Shown: positions 37,246-45,759 of the stretch, piece after piece | Layout of the letters: every line of letters begins with the position of its first letter | How positions within the stretch are numbered: the first letter of the stretch is position 1 | Source: Candidatus Methylomirabilales bacterium | GTDB taxonomy: Bacteria > Methylomirabilota > Methylomirabilia > Methylomirabilales > CSP1-5 | NCBI GenBank assembly: GCA_046758505.1 | Contig: JBHIAH010000014.1 | Coordinates: 1 to 45,975, forward strand | DNA length: 45,975 bases | Direction of reading: 5' to 3' | Position numbers and translations under genes: made by a program | The notes under the pieces: model-generated | Told to the model about the DNA's origin: nothing | The model's database searches: none | The model's input: only the letters and a program-made list of their open reading frames with translations

Positions 37246-39748
37246 GTCGCTTTCAGTTAAGGGCTTCCGCGCCTTTGGCGGCGTCGAACAAAGCCTCAAC
37301 TTGCCGTCGGACATCGCCGTTGTCTGGGGACCTAACAGCAAGGGAAAAACCAGTTTGGCCGAGGCTTTCGAGTTTCTGGCCACCGGCCGCATCACCAGGC
37401 GCGAGCTGATGGCGAGCAGCCAGGACGAATTCGCCGACGCGCTCCGCAACGCTCATCTTACTGACAGTGAGGAAGTCTATGTTGCCGCCCGCATCATAGC
37501 CGCTGACGGTACGCCGCACGAGATCAAGCGAGTTCTCACTGGTGACTTCGGTAAGAAACACGATTGTACCTCCCGCCTGGAAATCGACGGCGCAACCGCC
37601 ACAGAAGCTGGCCTGGCCAAGTTCGGTATCTCGCTCTCCCAACCGCCTCTCCGGGCGCCGGTCCTCGCGCAGCACACTCTTGCCTATATCTTCTCCGTCC
37701 GCCCGCAGGACCGTGCGACCTATTTCAAGACCCTGCTCGAAGTCACCGACCTAGACAAACTCCGCAGTGACATTGCGGCGCTGGCGGATGATCTCAAACC
37801 GCCCAATGATCCATTGTTCACGAAGTTCACCACCTGCGCGGTCGTCACGGTCATGAAACCCGTCCTTGCCAGTCTCCTGGTCACTATCCCCGATCCCCTA
37901 ACGCTCGCATCCAGGCTGGAAGACGCGGCAAGCGCGCTCATCGAAGGCGCCGGGGAAAAGGTTCCTGACACGCCGGGCGAACGGCTTGCGGCCATCGGGA
38001 AGATTCTGGCTGACCGCCGAACCAAGACCTTCCCGGTCAGAGCTTTCGAACGCAAGGAACTCGCCGGATGGAACCCGCCAACTTCTGATATCTGGACCCG
38101 TCTTGATACCTATCTTGGCGAACGCAAAAAAGTCGATGAAGAGACGCGCCAGCTCACGGCGCTATTTGACGAGGCCTTGAAGCTCCCCGCCATTTCCGCT
38201 ATGACAGAGGCTGTGGACTGTCCTCTGTGCGCGACAGAATCAGCTCTGACCCCGGCGCGCGTGCAGATCATCCGTCGACACGTCGAGGACATAAGGGACT
38301 TCAAAACCGCCGAAACAGCCGCAAAATCAGCTCTGGCACAGCTTTCCGCCTCGGCTGATGCTTTGACCAACGCTGCCGAAGCCGCCCTGCCCAAATACCT
38401 CAAGACTACAGCCGCCGAGCGCCGCCAGATAGGCTTCACGCTCGCCCGCATTCGCGAACTCCTCGGCGACGGCGCTGGGGAGCTTCTCGATTCCTGGCTC
38501 GCCCGGATCAGGCCCCTTGCTCGCGCCGGGGCCGCGCTGCGCCGAGGCGCCATGCAAGCCTACGTACTTGTTGAGAAACAGGCAGCAGACCACGCAGCCG
38601 CCCTTGATCCCGAAAAGCTGCGCCCCGTCTTTGCCGCCCTCTCCATGCTTCGCACCAGCTTCGCCTCCGCGATTGACGCATACAAAGTGCCGGAATCGTC
38701 CCTCCGCACGGCTCTCAACGAAGTCCTAGATGCCCAGTCGGACACCGCTGGGTGGCAGGATTTTCTCGATGTTGCAGGGCAGCCGGACAAACTTCGCAAC
38801 GCTTTGATCGACCGCAAGGCCCATACTACCGTGGAGGACGAACTCGCGGCTGCGCTCAAGCAGATTGACCGCGCCAAGGAACAGGTTCTTGACGACAAGT
38901 TTTCCGATTACAGTGGTCTGATACAGAAATGGTGGGAGCGATTGCGGCCTGACGAGCCGACGTTCTTTTCCGCTGTGTAGCCCCGTAGGGGGGCGAAACG
39001 CACGATTGACTTCAAGGCAGGACTTTCGGCCAGCCCCGACCGGTCCGCTCCAAAGGTGCGCGACGTGATCGCCGTCTTCAGCCACTCCCAGCTTCAGTGT
39101 TTGGGGCTCGCCATGTTTCTCGCCCGCGCTGAGCATGAGGGCTGCAGCTTTATCGTCCTTGATGACCCGGTGCTTTCCAGCGACGAGGACTACCGGGTGC
39201 ACTTCAATGCGACCGTACTCACAGAACTCCTTAGGCTGCCGATACAGGTCGTCGTCCTTACCCAGGACCACGCCACATGGGAGGAGCTTGAAACCCGTTA
39301 CCGACATCTCGGAATTTCCAACGCCCAGCTTTACATCGAAACTCCCGCTGAAGGGACCATCATCGAAAACACAAGCGATGCGCTTCTCGCCAAGATTAAC
39401 CGCGCCAAGTCCCTTGTGCGGGGCGGTCATCCTGACTCGCGGAAGGAGTGTGGTATCCAGTTACGCGACGCCGGAGAACGCTTCTGCAAGGAAATGCTGG
39501 TCAACGACCGCCGCGACAAAGGAGATAGCGCCGCCTCCCTCAGCGACTATGACGGAAAAACCCTCGAATGGCTATGCCCGCATGTCGATCCCCTCCTGGA
39601 ACACGACCCGTCTCATTCCGGCAAGCTCGAAGTATTCAAGAACACTGTCAATGGTGCGTGTCACGACAACACTCCGCCGGGCACTGGGGAGATGATACAT
39701 GCCTGCGGCGAAATCCGTCATTTTGTGAAAGACTATCTCGGGCGTTAG
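37226..39748 (+). pseudogene. Rad50/SMC-like ABC ATPase with zinc hook and C-terminal HEPN-like domain (RloC-like), split by in-frame TAG at 38978-38980
   Basis: Walker A GPNSKGKT and CPLC hook; after the TAG the same frame continues with FSHSQ, IVLDDPV (Walker B), LTQD, RDAGE...NGACHD. Confidence 0.75.
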
Positions 39749-39869
39749 CGCACTGATAGCGGCATGCAACACCCAGAAAACCCGGGATGGTGCGCATGGC
39801 TTGGGGGCGCCCATGAGGAGGATCGTTCGGTGCCAGAAATAAGACTTCCATTGCCGCGCAAATTGCCCA

Positions 39870-40361
39870 ATGGTTGTATTTATTAGCTCAACCTATCGAG
39901 ATTTGGCTGAGTATCGAGAGGTTATCCGACTGGCACTGGAGACCAGTGGATATACATATCGGGGAATGGAGCACTTTCCGCCGCAAGACGAGCCACCACT
40001 GGATGTTTGCCTGCGGGCATTAGAGGAGTGTGACGTTTATGTAGGAATTGTAGGAGGGCTATATGGTTCCTCTCCACCAGGAAGAGTATTGTCCTACACG
40101 GAGCTTGAATACAGACATGCCACGAGTCTTGGCATCTATAGAATCATGATACTATTGGATGACAATGCAAGGGTCAGGGCGGGATACGTGGAACAAGATC
40201 CAGAACGTATTGAAAGACTTAATCGATTCCGCGCGCGCATTGTGAATAATCACACGGCACAAACATTTCGGGATGGTCATGAAGCAGCATGGAAAATCCT
40301 AGCAGCGCTCCGGATCCACGAAGTTCGACTCCGCGAGCAGGAAGGAAACAATCAGACATGA
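39870..40361 (+). CDS. DUF4062 domain protein
   Basis: VFISSTYRDL..YR, MEHF, CDVYVGIVG..YGS, SYTELEY..A. Confidence 0.88.
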   Translation: MVVFISSTYRDLAEYREVIRLALETSGYTYRGMEHFPPQDEPPLDVCLRALEECDVYVGIVGGLYGSSPPGRVLSYTELEYRHATSLGIYRIMILLDDNARVRAGYVEQDPERIERLNRFRARIVNNHTAQTFRDGHEAAWKILAALRIHEVRLREQEGNNQT

Positions 40362-41206
40362 GGGCCTCGACTAAAGTTTTTGAACTTATTCCATCCGTTC
40401 AAACGCGGATCGAAAAGCCTGCCCCCATGGCCCTCCTGCCGGCACTGCCTGTGCGTCTTAAGGGCAATGAGGGCCCAACCCAATACGCAGTAATTGATAC
40501 TGGGGCCCAAATATCGTTCCTTTCCTCTATTGTAGCGCAGAATCTAGCAATATCGAGAGAGACTATCGGGACTAAGATCGTCACCATGACCTCGGGTGAA
40601 TCCATACGCTGTGAAATTGTTAAAGCAGTACTGATACTTTGCGATGAAAGATTCTCCCCTTGGCTACGTTTCGAGGGTGTGCCGATGGCCCTTGTGCCAG
40701 GCAGTCAGGCACCTACCGGGGAAGGTCATCTCGTTCTGGGCTATGACTCCTGCTTGTCGAATCTCAAGCTGACTATTGATTATCCACGAAAAAAACTCAG
40801 GGTTTCTGCCCCAAGCAAGTTTCTGATTTCGGCGATTTCAAAGAAACACGAGTACGTCCCAAGCAGGATCAAGGAAGGCGACAAACTCATAAAGCTCGGT
40901 AGCTATAATGCAGCATTGGCGGTAATCGCAGCAGGCATTGAGGAAGCGGTTCTGTCAAACTTAGGGACGCGCCCAGAATCGGCAACGCTAGGTCAACTTC
41001 GCAGCCAACTTGCCGAAGAGGATCTTCCTGAAAGATTCAGAATCTATCTTGATAGTATTGCCCGTCTTCGAAACAGAGCAGTACATGGTGAGAAAGGGGA
41101 ATCCATAACGATGAGGGAGGCGAAAGATGCCCTTCGGGATGCAAAGGCGTTCGTTACTTACCTCAGAGAATTGGGGGATAAAGGTGAACCTGGTGGACAC
41201 GGATGA
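40358..41206 (+). CDS. Retropepsin-like aspartic protease fused to HEPN/DUF4145-like domain
   Basis: AVIDTGAQIS and LVLGYD protease motifs; C-terminal AGIEE...RLRNRAVHG (RxxxxH); ATGA overlap with the DUF4062 gene. Confidence 0.75.
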   Translation: MRASTKVFELIPSVQTRIEKPAPMALLPALPVRLKGNEGPTQYAVIDTGAQISFLSSIVAQNLAISRETIGTKIVTMTSGESIRCEIVKAVLILCDERFSPWLRFEGVPMALVPGSQAPTGEGHLVLGYDSCLSNLKLTIDYPRKKLRVSAPSKFLISAISKKHEYVPSRIKEGDKLIKLGSYNAALAVIAAGIEEAVLSNLGTRPESATLGQLRSQLAEEDLPERFRIYLDSIARLRNRAVHGEKGESITMREAKDALRDAKAFVTYLRELGDKGEPGGHG

Positions 41207-41215
41207 CGCTCAGGC

Positions 41216-41295
41216 TGAGCTACCCCCGATTTGACGGACACCTCAGAAGAGAGGGTGAGGGTTGAGAGTCGAGGGTTGAGGGCCTTGGGCCAAAG
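41216..41295 (+). repeat. 80-bp element beginning with an IS3 IR-like sequence; second copy at 45505-45584
   Basis: Ungapped alignment 67/80 identical by hand count; start resembles the IS3 end TGCTACCCCCGGTTTGACGGACACCTC. Confidence 0.8.
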
Positions 41296-41416
41296 CTCTC
41301 CGGATGACACACACCGAAGGCACTTCACCCGCGAGTTCAAGCTTGAGGCGGTCCGGCTTCTTCGTGCCAGGTCAGCGGAGAAACCGACTCCGACCCAGAT
41401 TTCCCCAATGTAAAAC

Positions 41417-41983
41417 ATGGATTGGCTCACTTTCGTCGCTCAAATCGTCAACACCCTAGTGTGGCCTGCCACGATTACCATTGCCGTCCTGCTGCTGCGG
41501 AAGCCAATTGGGCAACTGATCCAAACCCTGCGGTTTCTTCGTTATAGGGATCTGAGTCTGGAGTTCGGGAAGAAATTAGAGCAACTAGAAGCCACCGCCG
41601 ACCAGGCACAGCTTCCGGCCGCAGAGACTGCACCGGAGAGGGCCCCCCGTCTGCATGAAGAGAGCCTTAGTGAGTATATAGAGCGACTTGCCTCCATTTC
41701 CCCTAGGGCAGCAATAGCTGAGGCGTGGCGACATCTCGAACTTGCTTTGCGAGAAGTTGTCACACGTGCGGGTCAACGCGAACCCCGCTCGCTACGAGGC
41801 CTTTGGCGCTTTTTTGAGACGGAGCAGACTCTTCCGGCAGAGGCAGTTTCGATGTTGCAGGATCTCTCCGCCCTGCGAAATCAAGCAGTGCACGCGAGTG
41901 ACTTCGATCTGGCGCCCGAACAAGCTGCTGAATTTGGTCGCATAGCGGAAAGGATTATCGCGGTTCTGCGGCCCGAGGACTAG
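41417..41983 (+). CDS. N-terminal TM protein with C-terminal HEPN-like domain
   Basis: MDWLTFVAQIVNTLVWP..LLRKPI; SPRAAIAEAW..LE; ALRNQAVH. Confidence 0.75.
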   Translation: MDWLTFVAQIVNTLVWPATITIAVLLLRKPIGQLIQTLRFLRYRDLSLEFGKKLEQLEATADQAQLPAAETAPERAPRLHEESLSEYIERLASISPRAAIAEAWRHLELALREVVTRAGQREPRSLRGLWRFFETEQTLPAEAVSMLQDLSALRNQAVHASDFDLAPEQAAEFGRIAERIIAVLRPED

Positions 41984-42062
41984 CCAGGACTTGGCGTGAA
42001 AATTGAGTCCGTGAAGGGAAAAGGTGTCAGGAGGTGCTAGCCCCGATTTCGTGGACACGTAG

Positions 42063-42923
42063 TTAGGGGCAGGGGGTTGCTTCAAACGTCACGGGACTGC
42101 GATAGCCCAGGGACTGGTGCAGCCGCTGGCGATTGTAGAAGATTTCGATGAACTCGAACACCTCTGCCTGGGCCTCCTCCCGCGTGCGATAGTCACGATC
42201 ATGGACCAGTTCGTTCTTCAGCGTACTGAAGAAGCTCTCCACCCGCGCATTATCGGCGCACCGACCCTTGCGGCTCATGCTGGCTGTGAGCCCCCGCTGC
42301 TCGAGCAGCTGGCGGTAGGCCTGGCTCGCATACTGCGGCCCCTGGTCCGTGTGATGAATCAGTCCCGGCAACGGCCGGCGCCGGGCCACGGCCATGGTGA
42401 GCGCGTGGACCGCGAGGTGCCGATCCGGCTTGGCACCCATGGCCCAGCCGACGATCCGCCGCGAATACTGGTCCAGGACCACCGCCAGGTAGAGCCAGCC
42501 CGCGCGGGTGGCAATGGTTGTCAGGTCCCCGGCCCAGACCTGATCCCGGGCCGCGACCGGGCCGACGGCCGGCAGGCGGTTGGGCGCCGGGGGCGGGAGC
42601 TGATGGTGCTCGACCAGGGTGCGGAAGCGCCGCACGCGCCGGGCGGTGATCCCGTGGAGCCGGCGCAGCCGCGCCACGCGGTGCCGGCCGCACCGGATCC
42701 CCGCGGCGTGCAGGGCATGCCACAGCTTCACGGCGCCGTACCGCTCCTTGGTCTGGGCGTGCAGCTCCCGGATCGCGCCCAGCAGCTGGGCATTGGCCGC
42801 ACTCCGGGCGCTCGCGGGCCGCGTCCGCCAGGCGTAGTAGCCGCTCCGACTCACCCCGAGGACCCGACAGAGCCGACCCACGGGGTGGCCCGCCGGCGCC
42901 GTGCGGATGAAGGCGTATCTCAT
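42063..42923 (-). CDS. IS3 transposase OrfB (rve, DDE)
   Basis: W.GDLT, YLAVVLD.YSR, HTDQG.QY, DNA.VESFF.TLK.E, FYNRQR.H. Confidence 0.95.
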   Translation of the reverse strand: MRYAFIRTAPAGHPVGRLCRVLGVSRSGYYAWRTRPASARSAANAQLLGAIRELHAQTKERYGAVKLWHALHAAGIRCGRHRVARLRRLHGITARRVRRFRTLVEHHQLPPPAPNRLPAVGPVAARDQVWAGDLTTIATRAGWLYLAVVLDQYSRRIVGWAMGAKPDRHLAVHALTMAVARRRPLPGLIHHTDQGPQYASQAYRQLLEQRGLTASMSRKGRCADNARVESFFSTLKNELVHDRDYRTREEAQAEVFEFIEIFYNRQRLHQSLGYRSPVTFEATPCP

Positions 42924-43213
42924 CCGGACTCCCTGGCAAAGAACCTGGCGGCTTTTTTTAAAATGTCCCGCTCCTCCCGCAGCCGCGCCACCTCGCGGCG
43001 CAGGCGGGCGATCTCATCCTCCGGCGTGGGCCGCTTCCCGGAGCCGGGGAACGCCGCCTCGCCGTGGGCTTCCACCTGGGTTGCCCACTTGTACAGATGG
43101 TTGCGGCGGAGGCCCAGTTCCCGAGCGACGGCGGCCGCCGGGCGCCCTGAGCTCTTCCAGAGCCGTAGGGCTTCGCGCTTGAACTCCTGCGTAAAGCGTT
43201 GCCGTTTGCCCAT
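42920..43213 (-). CDS. IS3 transposase OrfA (HTH)
   Basis: RFTQEFKREA, VARELG, LREERDILKKA. Confidence 0.93.
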   Translation of the reverse strand: MGKRQRFTQEFKREALRLWKSSGRPAAAVARELGLRRNHLYKWATQVEAHGEAAFPGSGKRPTPEDEIARLRREVARLREERDILKKAARFFARESG

Positions 43214-43391
43214 GCGACACCTCCAGGTCTATTGTCCCCATTTTGAGGTGTCCGTCAAACCGGGGGTAGCACCGGACCCTTTTTAGTTGCTTGTTCAGGT
43301 TCGGGGTCAGGTAACATGAAAAACGGGGGCAACCTCCAGTAGAATGGTGGGGCGCAACGATCCCACCTCTTCTCGAAAGGAGGCAACCCCC

Positions 43392-43817
43392 ATGCTGTAC
43401 GTAGGCATAGATTACCACAAGCGGTACGCCCAGGTGAATGCCCTTGACGAGCAGGGCCAGCAACGGGCCGCCGCCCGGCTCCCCAACGACTCGCGCGCGC
43501 TCGAGGCCTTCTTCCGCGCCCTCGGCGAACCCTGCCAGGCCGTCTTGGAAGCGGGGTGGAACTGGGGCCTGATGTACGACTGGCTGGAGCAGATTGCCAC
43601 AGTCACCGCGGTCCAGCTCGCGCATCCCTATCGCACCCGAGCCATCGCCGCGGCCCAGGTGAAGACCGATGCCATCGACGCCCGAACGCTCGCCCAGCTC
43701 TTGCGTGCGGGCCTCATCCGCCGGGCACACATCCCGAGTGCGGACACCCGCCGGCTGCGCGAGCTCGTGCGGCAGCGGCTGGTGAAAGGTACCGGACACC
43801 TTTTGAGATGTAACTGA
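43392..43817 (+). pseudogene. IS110-family transposase, 3'-truncated
   Basis: MLYVGIDYHK, VLEAG, KTDAIDARTLA, LRELVRQR; recognisable sequence ends at the palindrome starting 43785. Confidence 0.88.
43785..43803. repeat. 19-bp hairpin direct repeat AAAGGTACCGGACACCTTT; second copy at 44716-44734
   Basis: Exact direct repeat; AAAGGT/ACCTTT stem. Confidence 0.85.
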
Positions 43818-43967
43818 CTGATTTTCTTGGATCTGATTTTCAATTCCTGGGGAGCGCGGGCGAGAGATGAAGAAACCGTATCCATTTGTCGACGATCTCC
43901 CTTCCGCCGCACAGCAGCGTAAAGGCACAGGACACCATCAGAATCGTTAGACCTCGGGTGTAGTTTA

Positions 43968-44699
43968 ATGCGAATTCCCCTGACCTGCATGCAATGCTTT
44001 CAAGAACTGGGACAGCCATCCCGTGAGGTCTACCAGGCAGAGCTGCAGGATAACGGTCTTTACACGATGGAATGCTCACGCGGCCACCAAGGCGTCACAT
44101 GCTTGCAGGAGCAAAAATTCGAGGTCCTATTTGACATCGGGGCCAACGCCATAGTCGATGGCTATTATCGAGAAGCGGTTTCCTCTTTTTCCGCGTGCTT
44201 GGAGCGGTTTTACGAGTTCTATATTTCGGTGATAGCCATCAAGAATGGCGTCGATGAAGGGCAGTTTCTTGAGTGTTGGAGAGGAGTTGAAAATCAGTCC
44301 GAGAGGCAGCTGGGTGCCTTTGTATTTGTTTACTTGCTTGAGGAGAAATGTTTGCCAGCCCTTCTGAGCACGAAACGCGTTGCTTTTAGGAACAACGTAA
44401 TCCACAAAGCTAAGATCCCAACCAAGAACGAAGCAATCGCCTACGGAAGCGAAGTTCTTAATCTGGTAGCTCCAGTACTTCGAGATTTAAAGGATCGACA
44501 TTCCGAACACGTCCAAAAGGCTGTCACGCGGCATGTGCGTAGGACCAGACAGGCAATCGAAGGCACACCCCACATTTCTTTTATGAGCATACCTACTACA
44601 ATGAGCATTTCTCGGGCGAATAGTGAGCCTCAGCCGAGCCTGGATGACACCCTTGTTCGTCTACAACAACAAAGGGGCAGGGGCCGTTTCTTTCCTTGA
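43968..44699 (+). CDS. Zn-ribbon plus HEPN-like hypothetical protein
   Basis: CMQC...CSRGH N-terminus; YYREAVSSF..CLE and FRNNVIH (RxxxxH). Confidence 0.7.
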   Translation: MRIPLTCMQCFQELGQPSREVYQAELQDNGLYTMECSRGHQGVTCLQEQKFEVLFDIGANAIVDGYYREAVSSFSACLERFYEFYISVIAIKNGVDEGQFLECWRGVENQSERQLGAFVFVYLLEEKCLPALLSTKRVAFRNNVIHKAKIPTKNEAIAYGSEVLNLVAPVLRDLKDRHSEHVQKAVTRHVRRTRQAIEGTPHISFMSIPTTMSISRANSEPQPSLDDTLVRLQQQRGRGRFFP

Positions 44700-44948
44700 A
44701 GAGGACGTGGAGGGAAAAGGTACCGGACACCTTTAGAAGGATGAGGGGTCAAGGAGCATGAAGGATCAGGTCTGCTCTTGATTCATGCTTCGCCTTGCTA
44801 CTCTTGCTATGACTCGGCTCTGCCGCCACATTCTCCCATCCCTACTACCACTACCTTCCGATCAGTCCCCCGACGGTTGAAGAGATGGGAATGCGCCATC
44901 AGAGATGAGCCAAGCGGAGACTTGACCCCATCGGACGTGGATTAGGTT

Positions 44949-45488
44949 ATGGACGTCCAGGCTTTGTTGGAATTTCTTATTAGAGAGGGTTCGGCCTGGG
45001 TTCAGGCGCAGAGAGATCTTTACCGTCCAGACGGCAGACCCCTGACGACGCAAGAGAAGCAGAATTTTGGCAGCTTTTTTGAGATCGAAGCGCTGGATTC
45101 CGCGCGTGTGAGGAAGGTCCCGGTAATTCACAACCCAGACTTCTATGGTCAGTTAGCCCAGCTTGGCGTGCACATCCCGTTGGATTTTAGCGAGATGGCT
45201 GGGATCACATTTGCAGACACCATTCTGATTTCTGTGGGGCGAACTCCACCGGGTGCGCCGCTTGACTCGCTGCTCTTTCATGAGCTAGTTCATGTCGTGC
45301 AATATGAGACGCTGGGGGTGCCACAGTTTGTACACCGATACGTTCATGGGTGGGCCCAAAATGGATTCCGCTACGATAGGATACCCCTGGAACGTGACGC
45401 GTACGAACTCCAGGGCAGTTACGAGTCGCAACCACAACGAGCCTTCTCTGTCATGGCAGAGGTTCGTCGCCGCCTCGGGGTCTTATGA
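44949..45488 (+). CDS. HExxH metallopeptidase-like (DUF4157-like) protein
   Basis: GITFADTI, LLFHELVHVVQY, PLERDAY. Confidence 0.75.
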   Translation: MDVQALLEFLIREGSAWVQAQRDLYRPDGRPLTTQEKQNFGSFFEIEALDSARVRKVPVIHNPDFYGQLAQLGVHIPLDFSEMAGITFADTILISVGRTPPGAPLDSLLFHELVHVVQYETLGVPQFVHRYVHGWAQNGFRYDRIPLERDAYELQGSYESQPQRAFSVMAEVRRRLGVL

Positions 45489-45734
45489 GAAACGAGGATG
45501 GTCCTGAGTTACTCCTGATTTGACGAACCCCTCAAGACAGAGGATGAGGGTTGAGAGTCGAGGATTGAGGGCCTTAGGTCAACGCATCACGTTTGTGGGC
45601 GGCCCGGCACAGGTCGACTGCAGACGCTAGGCCTATAATTTCGGAACATGGCGATGAGAAGACGCACCCTAGCAATATTGTTTCCGTTATTCGTGACGAC
45701 ACTTCAGCCTGCTTGGGGTGAAATTCAAGGCCAA

Positions 45735-45759
45735 AGGGGTCAGGTCTCTTCTTGACTCA
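45735..45759 (+). repeat. 25-bp inverted repeat, right boundary of the right island
   Basis: AGGGGTCAGGTCTCTTCTTGACTCA; degenerate third copy at 44761-44785. Confidence 0.85.

Larger units (their letters stand above)
42035..43271 (-). mobile_element. Complete IS3-family element (1237 bp)
   Basis: Imperfect IRs TGCTAGCCCCGATTTCGTGGACAC / TGCTACCCCCGGTTTGACGGACAC; orfA and orfB; A7G slippery site at 42952-42959. Confidence 0.93.

Noticed and set aside
38978..38980. Pyrrolysine recoding of the TAG
   Set aside because: No pyl genes in the window and the position is not an evident catalytic site; nonsense mutation or sequencing error is simpler.
39750..39835. attC site between the ATPase and DUF4062 genes
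   Set aside because: Only a weak GTTCGG core and no convincing palindrome.
41231..41413. 60-aa ORF with FTREFKLEAVRL as a functional IS3 OrfA
   Set aside because: Only a short stub within a repeat element; no HTH remainder or orfB.
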